A stretch of DNA of 64,000 nt from Rebecca billardiae RCC1528. Taxonomy: Eukaryota; Protista; Haptophyta. A program made the translations under genes and the position numbers. Positions 1-10,606 of the stretch are shown piece by piece; the first letter of the stretch is position 1; every line of letters starts with the position of its first letter. The stretch lies in assembly GCA_965240325.2 (NCBI GenBank), contig OZ251228.1:1116001-1180000 (forward strand). The letters run 5' to 3'. The notes under the pieces are model-generated. The model did no database searches, was not told the DNA's origin, and worked only from the letters and a program-made list of their open reading frames with translations.

Positions 1-388
1 CCGCCAGCCCTACCTCTTGATCGCCGATTTCGGCATCGCCAAGGCGACGAACCAGGGCGCCACTCGCATCGGCACCCTCGAGACCATGGCGCCAGAGATG
101 CTTTCGGCGTCGTCGGTGGGCTACAACCAGAGCGCCGACGTGTGGGCGATGGGCGTGATCACGTGCCAGCTGCTCACCGGCAAGATGCCGCAGACCGATC
201 TGCACACGTCGACGGTCACTCTGCCGCAGGTGATCGGTGGTGTGCACGACGTCGGGCAGCTCGCATCGGGGCTCGTCAAGGACATGCTCGCCTTCAACCC
301 GTCGGCTCGGCCGACGGCGCTCCATATCCTCGCCCGCGCCCTGGCCTGGCAGGTCAAACTCATGACGAAGAAGCAGCCCCAACCGTAA
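1..388 (+). CDS. 3' end (last exon, partial) of the Ser/Thr protein kinase gene, copy truncated by window edge
   Basis: DFG, APE and DVWAMG motifs; matches 12951-13338. Confidence 0.9.
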   Translation, partial: RQPYLLIADFGIAKATNQGATRIGTLETMAPEMLSASSVGYNQSADVWAMGVITCQLLTGKMPQTDLHTSTVTLPQVIGGVHDVGQLASGLVKDMLAFNPSARPTALHILARALAWQVKLMTKKQPQP

Positions 389-622
389 CTTGCGCGTCAT
401 CGCGCTGCGCGCTGCTGCCACTTACGAGCCGCGACGCGCGTGTCGGCAAATGCGCCATCAAGTGCTGGCGAACCTTCCGGCCGCCTCACCCCCACCCAAC
501 ACCCCCTCGTCATCCATGACCATGAGTACCAGCTATACGCTACTGCACGCATCATGCATGTCGTCGCATCTTGCCGCCGCCAGTGTGGTGACTGACGAGT
601 CTCGTCGAGCGTCGTCTTACAG

Positions 623-1000
623 TTACTTTAAAAATAACTTATAAAACTGTGCCCTGGCGGGCGGGGGGTTCGGCGGGCCGTGCCAGTGCTGTCGCAATGT
701 TTCCTCTGCGGGTTCGCGTCTTTCCACAGCATTCGCTCGTGGCCGTGGGTGACGGACAGTCGGACCAGTGACACCTGTGAAGTTCTCCCACGCGGTGCGG
801 TACGCGTCCGCGCGCATCAGCGAGGCCCACACCCGCGAGGGAATGTGCAGCACGCGGGGCGGGGCGGGTAGCCCGTTGCTCCGCGCGAGCGCGGGTACGC
901 GCTGTATGTGCCGCATCTCGACCGCGATGGCGTAATCGAGCGCCTCGCCACCGACGAAGCCGCCCGAGTGGATCGTGTGCATGTCCTCCTGCCGCCAGCC
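623..1000 (-). pseudogene. Ulp1/C48-like cysteine protease N-terminal fragment (also 13573-13950 and 26523-26900)
   Basis: QEDMHTIHSGGFVGGEALDYAI...RVLHIPSRVWASL resembles the Ulp1 pattern DLxTL..gqWLNDEVINFY...vhifsSFFytkL. No catalytic His/Cys region follows, and upstream coding-like sequence is in another frame. Confidence 0.4.
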
Positions 1001-3368
1001 GAGAGCGGTCGTCGCGAGGACGCTTGCCGATGTCCGCTCCGGGCATGATGGGCTCGGCGCAGGTCGCGCTGACGTCGTACACGGCCGCCACGCTGAGCAC
1101 GAGCGCGTTGACGTTCACACGGTCGTCGCTCTTCGCCTCTTCGACAGGTCTGGCACCCGCGTGTTTGGCGTCACGAGGAGCTGTTGGTTGTGCGCGCGTG
1201 CGCGCACAGCGACAGCGTGTGCCACTCGCGATCGAGAGTGAGCATGAGCTGCTCATGCAAGCATAAGAATCGCAGCGCATCCGTCACCGGCGTGACGACG
1301 TCCGCCTCGTCCCGCAGCGCCTGCGCCATGGACGAGGATGGCGCGTCGATGTTGCATGCTCGACGATTCATCTCTCTGCGGATGGCGCGGCGAGGGTCGC
1401 CAACTCGCGAAGACGCGGTTGCTGCCACGGCGACAGACCCGAGAGGTGCGTCCGCTGCGCGTCGTGCGCCGTTGGCGCTGCGCTTCCGTCGCATTGGTCA
1501 CCGTCGACGCCATGCACGCCGGACGTGGGCTTTCGGCTGAGGGACCGCGACCGACGACAGTCCGGCGCGCGGATTCCGGCGATCAAGTTCAGAAGGCGGC
1601 CGCGCCAATCTTGCGTCGCGCGGGCGAGACACCTCCACCGAGCCTGACGCGCGGCGGTGGGTCGCGCGAGTTGGTTGTCGTGCGCAGCGCTTGATACTAT
1701 GGCCCTTGCGAGCGCTCGACGTGCAAGTCGGGCGAGGGCCGCCCCAGGTCGCACGATCGTGTCGACGCGCCGAGCGTACCTCCAAACGCGTCGACTTTGG
1801 CCCACGTTCGACCTGCACGCGAGACGACGAGGGGAGCAAGCGCGAATCGGGCGAAAACACGTCTCGGGAATCCTCGCGCGATGTCCGCGCCGGCGTTGGA
1901 TTTGGCGCGCGCGGCCCACGCGCTCCGCGCCACCCGGTACTGTGTTTTCGGCCGAGCGTCCCCAGTCCGAGTGGTCAGGAGCTGCCCGGTAGTGAGCGAA
2001 GCGATTTTCTTTTCTTTGCGAGGCGCGATTTTCTTTTATTTCTTTTCTTTTCTTTTCTTTTCCCCCGGCACTACAAGGGGCGGACCTACGCCTACGGCCC
2101 GCCATAACTACAGTGCCCTCAACAGTTGGTTACTGAATACTGCGTACCCTTGTGTTTGGCTGTCTATACGACCAGGTTACTGTAACTACCCTGACTTGTG
2201 ACTGTGTTTGGCTGTCTATATACCTAAGCTCAGTCACTGCCTTTATTGAGGCCCACTGCTGTCAAATGCTACTATCTGCTACTCGATCTTACTGTCACAC
2301 TCCTATATAGCCCTTACTGAGACCAGGTCACTGACTGCCAGGTGGGTACTGTATGAGCTGGGCGGGTGTGTCACTGCCAATGCTGTGTGGGCTGAGTCAG
2401 TCAGAGAAATGGAGTGCAGGTGCACAGCCGGCTGACAGGTGCTGCGCGGGGGTGCTGGACCACCACGAGGGCAGGCAGGGATCGGGGAATTCACCCCGCC
2501 TGAGCAGGCTGTGGGCTGGCTGGCTGGGAGTGTAGCAGCTGTATAGTGGGCCCTGGCGCTGCAGCTGGATGGCCTTTGATACTGCCTAGCACTGTGGCAC
2601 TGAGTAGCACTCGGCCAGCCTAGCAGTACAGCCTGGCGTGAGGCAGTGCAGTCAGCAGTGTCAGTGCACAGGCCACGTCTCTGCGGGTGGTGGTCGGGGA
2701 ATGGCCACCACAGTGCACCAGATGCACCTAGCCTGCCAGCGGCCCACCTGCTGATAGGGTATGCCCTGTCGCACAGCACACAAGGCTCCGCCGAAAATCA
2801 GCGGCGCGCTGTGCTACAAGCTGGGCTGAAAGAGGTGTGGGAGCCAGCCGAGAGCCTGTCGGCCACGGTCACGTCCGAGCTGGCCGGCTTCACGTGCTGC
2901 CCAGAGGAGTCCTCCAATGGTCACCCACCCGGCTGAAGTCATGATGGGTGGGTGCAGCTCGACCGAATGGAGAGTGCTGGGGCCGCAGGTGCCCGTCATG
3001 CAAGCCTAGGCGGCCAGGAGAAGGTGTGATGTGCAGGTGTGCTCTCCGACGCTGCCATGGCCCGCCATGGGCGCCACAGGGGCGCAGTGGCGGGGCTGAC
3101 GACGCGCGCGCGTGTGCACGTCTGAGTCGCACGGAGTGCGCGCTGCAATGACTGGCCCGTCTGCAGCACCACGCCCGTCGCCCCGCGTGGCCCGGACTGG
3201 CGACCAGGCCCTTGGTCCCGGACTGGCGACCAAGTTTTGTGACTTTTGTCCCCTCCCCCCCATATAGATGTAAGTTAGGAGCCTTAATGGTTCGCTGCGC
3301 TTATCTGGCGGCTGCGCAATCTCGTATGATCGAATATTTACAGCAAATGGCGCAGATTCGTTCATGAC

Positions 3369-3480
<112 letters not shown>

Positions 3481-3642
3481 CTGACCAATATTGACGGCGG
3501 CCACGCTTACTTATTGACTCAGCACGTCCGCGGGCTCGGTTTTAATCCGACGTAATATAATAGACAGCGCTCTAGTAGTCACCCGCCCTCGGAAGATCGA
3601 AACTCACCCTCCAACAGCCCTCAAAATCGTCTGACCCCGTCC

Positions 3643-6600
3643 GAGGCCACTCCACCGAAATCGTGCCCGTCCCGGGCTAGCCGCTCCACTGGCGTCCCGG
3701 GCTAGGCCCGGGACGCTCCGAGCGCGTCCCGGGCTAGCTGGCGCAGCGGGAGATAGTATTGAGCTCATAGGCGATGCCGCCGCGCCGCGTGCGCGCGCTC
3801 CGTCTCGCGCTGGCTGCGGCCGGGAGCGCGCGCGGCAAGCCGGCGCGTGCGGTCGGGCACCGGCGCTGAGGTATAGTGTGCCCATCCGCGCCCTCGGCTT
3901 GTGTCTGCGCGCCCTCCTCCGCCGCTGCAGGGCGCGCGTGTGGTCGCGCTGCCTCGCTCCCTGGGCGCACCGAAAGCGCGAGCGCGCAACGGGCCACATG
4001 TGGCGTGTCGGACCCAACGCGTGCTCGCCTGGCGTGGGCTTTGGGTTCGTCATGGCCCTGGTCACGCGCGACGCCGGCCGTGCCCAGCCTTCTGACCGCG
4101 CGCAGCGCGCGTAGCACTGGCAGTCCCAGCTGCAGTCGAGCTGACCCGTCGGGGCTCGGCGGCACCCAGCCACTGGTAGGCGGCCGTGATCAGTCCACAC
4201 GTGAGTTAGACGGCGGCTACACATCAGGCAGGTCGCGCTCTGCCGCGTGCAGGACGGTTGCACAGCCACAAGTGCCCCCGCGATCGCGGCGCGCTCAGGT
4301 ACGAACAAGAGCGCAGTATTTAGTGATGTTGCATGCGCGCCGCCGGCAGGTGGCGAGCTGGGCCGTGCTGGTCGGTGTGGCTGGCGGGCGCGCTCGCGTG
4401 CGTGGCATGAGCGAGCGCGCCGCCGCCTCGCCTGCCGCCCACGTCGCGCGCCGCGCGGCCGCGCGGCCTACGTCGCTTCGGCGCTCGCGCGGCCGGCAGC
4501 TCCCGATGGCAGCGTGGCCGGAAGGCGGCACCGGCGCCGCACTGCGCTTGGCTGGCAAATACGCTGCAGTATTCATACAGCATCTTGGCATACGGAGCAG
4601 CTAGCTGCAAAGTAGGGCATGGTCACTGCCGTTGCCATGCCATCAAGCCGTGAGCGCGCAGCAGCGGCATGAGCATCACCGCATGACGAGATGGATGCAC
4701 AGCAGCACAGCTACTGTCTACTTTGGCCCTGGCTGGCGGTGACCGGGTGCGTGCCCAGAGCATGTCGGCTGAGACTGGAACAGCGCTGCATCGTGGTGTA
4801 CCAGTGTCCGGAGGCCACCGTAGATGAGCGGAAGTTGGCTCACACCGGGTGACGAGCCTGTCACGCACAGCCCCAGGCCCTGGCCATCAGCGCGCGCATA
4901 CTGTAGCCGTGGCTCGGCCTTGTCATTGGCTAGCGTATCGTACTTGGCAGCCGCCGAGCACCTCCGAGCACTGAGCTGCGTGTTGCGCCGTGATTTGTGG
5001 ATGATGCGTGATGGCATCGTCGCACCACGCGTGTACCCTTGCATGGACCCGCCAGATGGGTGCTGCTCCGGCAGCCCCAGCCCATGACAACTCGGCACGA
5101 ATGTGCGCATTCGAGGCCTCATCAGGGACTGCTGTATATTCAGTCAGGACTCGCTTGACGCTCCTAAGTAAAGCGCTTTCATCCGGGCTCTTCATCATTG
5201 CCTCCGTCGATTCAACGGACGCCGTGGGCGTGGCAGGTGCCAACGTCACAACTGACGCCACCTTAAGCACCATCCCACTTCGCTTAGGGCGTGTGCCTAT
5301 GCGACAGCATCCAGTCGTCTTATGCGTGCGCACGCAGCCGCTCGCAAGCCGAGGCGGTGCCGCTCGCTGAGCGTGTGCAGCGTTCGAGCTACGCACCTCG
5401 GTTGTGGCCGACTCTGGCGCAAGTGCAGGCTGCCGTACGCCACTGGGTCTCCGCAACATGGGCAAGAGGGTCGACGCAACATCTCGGTGCGTGCGCATAC
5501 CTTCTGCTCACGTATCCTGTGATTTGTGACCAGCCATGGGCACTGTCCATCTACCGAGCCCGCAGGGTGAGGTCGCGGACGACAGTCAGCCTGCTGAGCT
5601 GTTATTGTACCACCCCAGAATCCGTGAGCGCTGCCGGACATCAAGATACGAGGAGACACGTGGCATGCGGGCACTCATCGACGCAAGACCGCCGGCATCA
5701 ACCTCTTCACCCGCCGCCCCGCTCGCGAACTAGTAAGGACCAGTTCTTCAGCTGGCCCACGGCAGCCACTGTGTCCGATGTCCACTGGAGCTGCCGGCCG
5801 CGCGAGCGCCGAAGCGACGTAGGCCGCGCGGCCGCGCAGCCGCGCGGCGCGCGACGTGGGCGGCAGGCGAGGCGGCGGCGCGCTCGCTCATGCCACGCAC
5901 ACGAGCGCGCCCGCCAGCCACACCGACCAGCACGGCCCAGCTCGCCACCTGCCGGCGGCGCGCATGCAACATCAAAATACTGCGCTCTTGTTCGTACCTG
6001 AGCGCGCCGCGATCGCGGGGGCACTTGTGGCTGTGCATCCGCCCTGCACGCGGCAGAGCGCGACCTGCCTGATGTGTAGCCGCCGTCTAACTCACGCGTG
6101 GACTGATCACGGCCGCCTACCAGTGGCTGGGTGCCGCCGAGCCCCGACGGGTCAGCTCGACTGCAGCTGGGACTGCCAGTGCTACGCGCGCTGCGCGCGG
6201 TCAGAAGGCTGGGCACGGCCGGCGTCGCGCGTGACCAGGGCCATGACGAACCCAAAGCCCACGCCAGGCGAGCACGCGTTGGGTCCGACACGCCACATGT
6301 GGCCCGTTGCGCGCTCGCGCTTTCGGTGCGCCCAGGGAGCGAGGCAGCGCGACCACACGCGCGCCCTGCAGCGGCGGAGGAGGGCGCGCAGACACAAGCC
6401 GAGGGCGCGGATGGGCACACTATACCTCAGCGCCGGTGCCCGACCGCACGCGCCGGCTTGCCGCGCGCGCTCCCGGCCGCAGCCAGCGCGAGACGGAGCG
6501 CGCGCACGCGGCGCGGCGGCATCGCCTATGAGCTCAATACTATCTCCCGCTGCGCCAGCTAGCCCGGGACGCGCTCGGAGCGTCCCGGGCCTAGCCCGGG

Positions 6601-6653
6601 ACGCCAGTGGAGCGGCTAGCCCGGGACGGGCACGATTTCGGTGGAGTGGCCTC
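3643..6653. mobile_element. Non-autonomous foldback DNA transposon, ~860-bp TIRs (3643-4503 / 5787-6653), 5-bp TSD CGTCC
   Basis: Ends GAGGCCACTCCACCGAAA...TTTCGGTGGAGTGGCCTC; CGTCC at 3638-3642 and 6654-6658; mirror-image ORFs on both strands; no transposase recognised in the 1.3-kb interior. Confidence 0.88.
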
Positions 6654-6825
6654 CGTCCCCGCCTTTTCCGTTTGATCAAAAGATAACGTCTGAGGTCATA
6701 TGGGTTCAAACCCAGTTTCCAGGTCTCTCTTCGGAGAGTGTGCGATGAAGGATGGAGCGGCAACCTGCCACCGTGAGCCTTACGCACGTTAAAACAAATA
6801 TAAACTGTATATATATATATATATA

Positions 6826-7633
6826 GTACCCCTCAGGTTTAAGCGTTCGCTTCGCTGGCTACGTGATTGCACGCCCGCTCACGCCGTGACGAGCGCCCCA
6901 TGGCGGCTCTCTCGCTCGTGGCGCACGGTCGGGGAGCACCCGCGTCTGCGCAGACACACGGCTCGCCCGCAAGTGTGCTGTGTCGCGCACGCGCGCGCTC
7001 GCGCGGCCGGCCATCGCGCACAGACCTGACTGGTCTCACATGCACCAGCATGGTCGTGCACGCACAGCGCCGCTCCGCGCACGCAATAAATTCGAGCGTG
7101 GTGCGCATGCACGTACACTCTGTGTCCCTGGTCCACACACAGCGTGTGAGCTCGTGCTTTGACCACGTGCAGGCGCACCACAGACTTTCGCGCAGCTGCC
7201 GCGCCGGGTCGTGCCAGCGGCTCGACAGGCTCAGCTCGTGGGCAGCGCTCGCTCGATTGCATGCTCCTGCCGCGCAGGGTGCCCAGCTTGCTGCGCTCGG
7301 TGTGTACTGGCGCGCTCGGACGGCACCCCGCGTACGCCTCGGGCCACGCGTGGGAGCCTAGCTCCACGCACGGAGGACTCGCAGGCGCAGGCCGGCGGCT
7401 GCCTCACACGGCTTGGTCGGGAGGCCGCCGCGCGGCTACCGTCGAGCTCGCCGATCGGCTGCACCTACTTTCAGCGCACGCTACCGCCGCCTCGCGCACG
7501 ACACGGCAAGGTTGAACACGTGACTGTGGGCGGGCATCAGCCCCAAGTACGCAGCCATCAGCACCACGGCCTTCACCTTCAGCGCCGACGATAGAGCCGC
7601 CGCTTGATTTTATCGCTTTAAAAACTTGAGGGC

Positions 7634-7636
<3 letters not shown>
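6826..7636. mobile_element. MITE-like element with short imperfect TIRs embedded in (TA)n (also 19776-20586 and 32726-33536)
   Basis: Left end GTACCCCTCAGGTTTAAGCG; reverse complement of right end GTGGCCCTCAAGTTTTTAAAGCG; (TA)n tracts abut both ends. Confidence 0.7.
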
Positions 7637-7688
<52 letters not shown>

Positions 7689-7782
7689 TCTTTATTATAT
7701 ATTATTTCGACAGCGTAGTGAGGGCCCCCGGCGGGGCTCCACGCTACGCGCTCCGCCCTGCTCCGCGGGCCATAACAACCTG

Positions 7783-9864
7783 CTACACCACATGCACTAC
7801 CGCCGCCTCCGCCTGCACGGCTTCCAGAACGCCCACGTCCTCTGCGAGCGCGCGCATCAGCAGGCGGAACGTCGGCAGGTCGGTCGCGTCCGCGTGCTCG
7901 GCGGCGAGCATCCCGCACAGCGCGTCGCGCTGCGCCGCGTCCACGTGTGCGCACAGCGCCAGCGCATCGCGCGCCAGCTCGAGGGGCGCGACGCCGCCGC
8001 CCGCGCCGGCGCGCCCGTTGTCCACGACAAGAGCGTGCAGCGCGCCGATAGCCTCGTCGCGCACGCCCGCGTGCGCCGGATCGACGAGCGCGCGGAGCAG
8101 CGCGTCCGCAACCACGGGCCGCGCAGTCACGCACTCTGGATGGGCGCGCAGCCGACCGCGCGTCGCCTCGTCCGCGCGCACCAGCCGCTCCGCCGCCGAG
8201 CGAAACGCGGCGCGCGCGCCCGGCCGCGCGAGCGCGTGCGCGTACGCGCCGACGAGCGCGCGCACCGCGCCCGGCGTCGCCTCGAGCTCGCGCCAGCGCT
8301 CGCGCACGAGCACGTCGAGCACGCGATGGTACCGCGGCGCCGACGCGCGCCGGCTGGCGCCCGACTCGAGCCGCGCCGCGCACAGCTGCAGCGCGGCCGC
8401 CCAGTGCGCGCGCGAGCCGCCGACCATCGCGAGCAGCCGCAGCAGCAGGCGCTCGAGGGCGGCGCCGGCGCGCTCGCTGCCCGGCCCGCCTGCCGTGCGC
8501 ACCGGCCGCGCGGCGTACGCCACGAGCTCGTCGAGCAGCGGCGTGAGCGCACCCAGCGCGCCGCCCGCCGCGCCGCGCGCGCCTGCCGGCGCGGCCGCGA
8601 GCGCGAGCGCGAGACCTGCAAGCGCGCCGAGCGCACGCGCGCACGCCTCGCGCGCGGCGGGGTCAGTGGCGCGCTCGTCGACGCTCGCGTAGTGCCGGAT
8701 CAGCGCGGCTGCGACGGGCAGCAGCGGCTCCAACGCGCCGTGCGCCGCGTCCACCGCCGCGCGCGCCAGCCCATGCGACGCGCGCACCAGCGCCGTGAGC
8801 GCGCGCGCCCCAGCCGCGACCTCGCGCGCCGCTGCCGCCTCGCCCGCGCCCGACGGCGGCGGCCACGCTCCCGGCGTGAGCGCGTCGGCGCGCGGCGTGC
8901 CCGCCGCGTCGAGCAGGCCGCACGCATGCCACAGGGCTGCCGCCACGCGCACGAGCACGCCGACCGCACCCGCGCCCCACTCCGCCGCGCCGTGCGCGCG
9001 GCCGGCGGCGTGCGCGGCCGCTCGGAGTGCGAACAGGCTCAGAGCGCCGCACATCGGCGCACGGCCACGAGCGGGCAGCGCGATCATGAGTGCGTGCGCG
9101 TCGGCAACGAGCGCGTGCACGGCCGAGCGCACGCTCGCGTGCGCCTCGCGCACGCCGTCTGCCGCCCACGCCTCGGCCGGCACCGCGCTCGCGACCGCGC
9201 GAACCAGGGCCGCGGCCGCGCCGCCGAGCGCGGCCGCGGCCGCCCGCCCGTCGGCCGACGCCGCATCCGCTGCTGCTGCGTGCGCCGCGCGCAGCGCGCC
9301 GACGATGAGCTGGGCGGCCTCGGCCTCGGCGGCGACGTCGGCGCTCGAGGCCTCAGCCACGTGCGCGAGCGGCCTCGCCAGCGCGGGCGCGAGCGCGCGC
9401 AGCAGCAGCAGCAGCCCAACGCGGGCGCACGCGCCATCGCGAGCTCGCGGCGGCGGCGGCAGCGGCGACAAGGCTCGCGCCGCGCTCAGCGCCGCGCGCG
9501 CGAGCTCCAAGGCGAGCTGGCGCCCTCCGCCCGCGCACACATCGAGGGCGCCGACCGCCTGGCACGCCACCGGGCACAGCGCCGCAAGCGCGAGCAGCTC
9601 GTCCCCGCCCTCCGCCGCCCCGCCCCGCACCGAGCGGCGCGCACAGCTCAGCGACGCGCGCGCTCACAGCCGCCACGGCCGCATCCGGCCACAGAGCGAG
9701 CACGCCGCCCACAATGTCAGCCTCGGTGTGCGCGTCGACGAGCGCGGCCCGCGCTGCGGGCTCGGCTGCGTCATCCTCGTCGCTCTCGCCGCTGCTATCC
9801 ACTGCCCTAACCCTCATCCGCGGACGCTGCGGAGGCGCCGCTGTCATGTCGGCGTCAGCAGGGC
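7783..9864 (-). pseudogene. XPO6: 5'-truncated, frameshifted duplicate of the 3' part of exportin-6
   Basis: Collinear with 33667-35822; 1-bp deletion near 9620, a 67-bp deletion replaced by CCTAA at 9806-9810, and no N-terminus. Confidence 0.9.
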
Positions 9865-10266
9865 AGCCTTGAAGCATTTCATGTCTCGATTCTGCGAGTT
9901 GACAATACCCAGCTTGGCCTTCGCCCACCGCCCTTTGAGTTTCACGTAGCTGCTGCCCGAAGTGGCCCGCCCGTGTCGACGTCGTGCCCTCCGTCCAGCC
10001 GTGCGGCTGCACTTGGCGCAGCGCGCGATGAGTGCGGCGGCGCCTTCGAGATATGGCGTACGAAGCTTGCCGACATCCCGAATGACCTCTCGCTCGCGCT
10101 TGGTGGTGGCATTTGCCTGCTTGATCAACTTGTCGATGGCGCGCCCAGGTCCTCCTGCGGCGTGTCCTTGAGCGTGCGCCGGGCGACGGCGCGCCATGCT
10201 GTGGATCGAACGGTTCGGCGGGTGAAGAGGGGGTAAGAGACTCAATGACCAAGGGCGCCCTTGCAA
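9859..10266 (-). pseudogene. Fragment resembling the N-terminal (OTU-like) region of Polinton/Maverick protein-primed PolB, cut at the array junction (also 22809-23216)
   Basis: GSSYVKLKGRWAKAKLGIVNSQNRDMKCFKAAL matches the Polinton pPolB motif GSSYIxLPxxxxxKKAIINxxNxDxxCFxxAxL as I recall it; no polymerase motifs present. Confidence 0.55.
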
Positions 10267-10606
10267 TGACTTTACTCATCCTTGATTGTTACCGTACTAC
10301 TACAATCTTTAGTGTTGGGGTCGAGTCCGGCCAGGCGACCCCGGACTCATCTCCACTCCTACCGACGCACACGCTTGCTCAGGTCTGCAGCTCAGGCAGG
10401 CGAGATCGCGACGAGTACCCACCGCCCGCCGGCAGTCGCAGCGTATTTTCTCATGAAACGCATGCTGCCGCGCCCCGCCGCGACGACACCGAGCGGACCA
10501 GCTCACCGAAGGCTGACCGCCAACGACTCGTCGGGAGCGCCCCCCTTGACGACAGCGATCTCTCCGCTCTCGCACGCGCACGGCGGCGCGAACGAACTCA
10601 TACCGC

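Noticed and set aside
1985-2082. CACTA-like termini (GGTAGTG and CACTACAAGGGG)
   Set aside because: No matching partner end with TSD in the window; CCCCTTGTAG at ~37791 lacks the terminal TG.
4504-5786. ORFs in the foldback interior (e.g. 4923-5498)
   Set aside because: No DDE or other recognisable motif.
6682-6720. tRNA-like GAGGTC...GGTTCAAACCC (B-box/T-loop)
   Set aside because: No acceptor stem or D-arm could be folded; at most a SINE or tRNA remnant.
7792-9810. 672-aa plus-strand ORF (and 33676-36264)
   Set aside because: Antisense shadow of XPO6; Arg/Ala-rich, expected in very GC-rich coding DNA.
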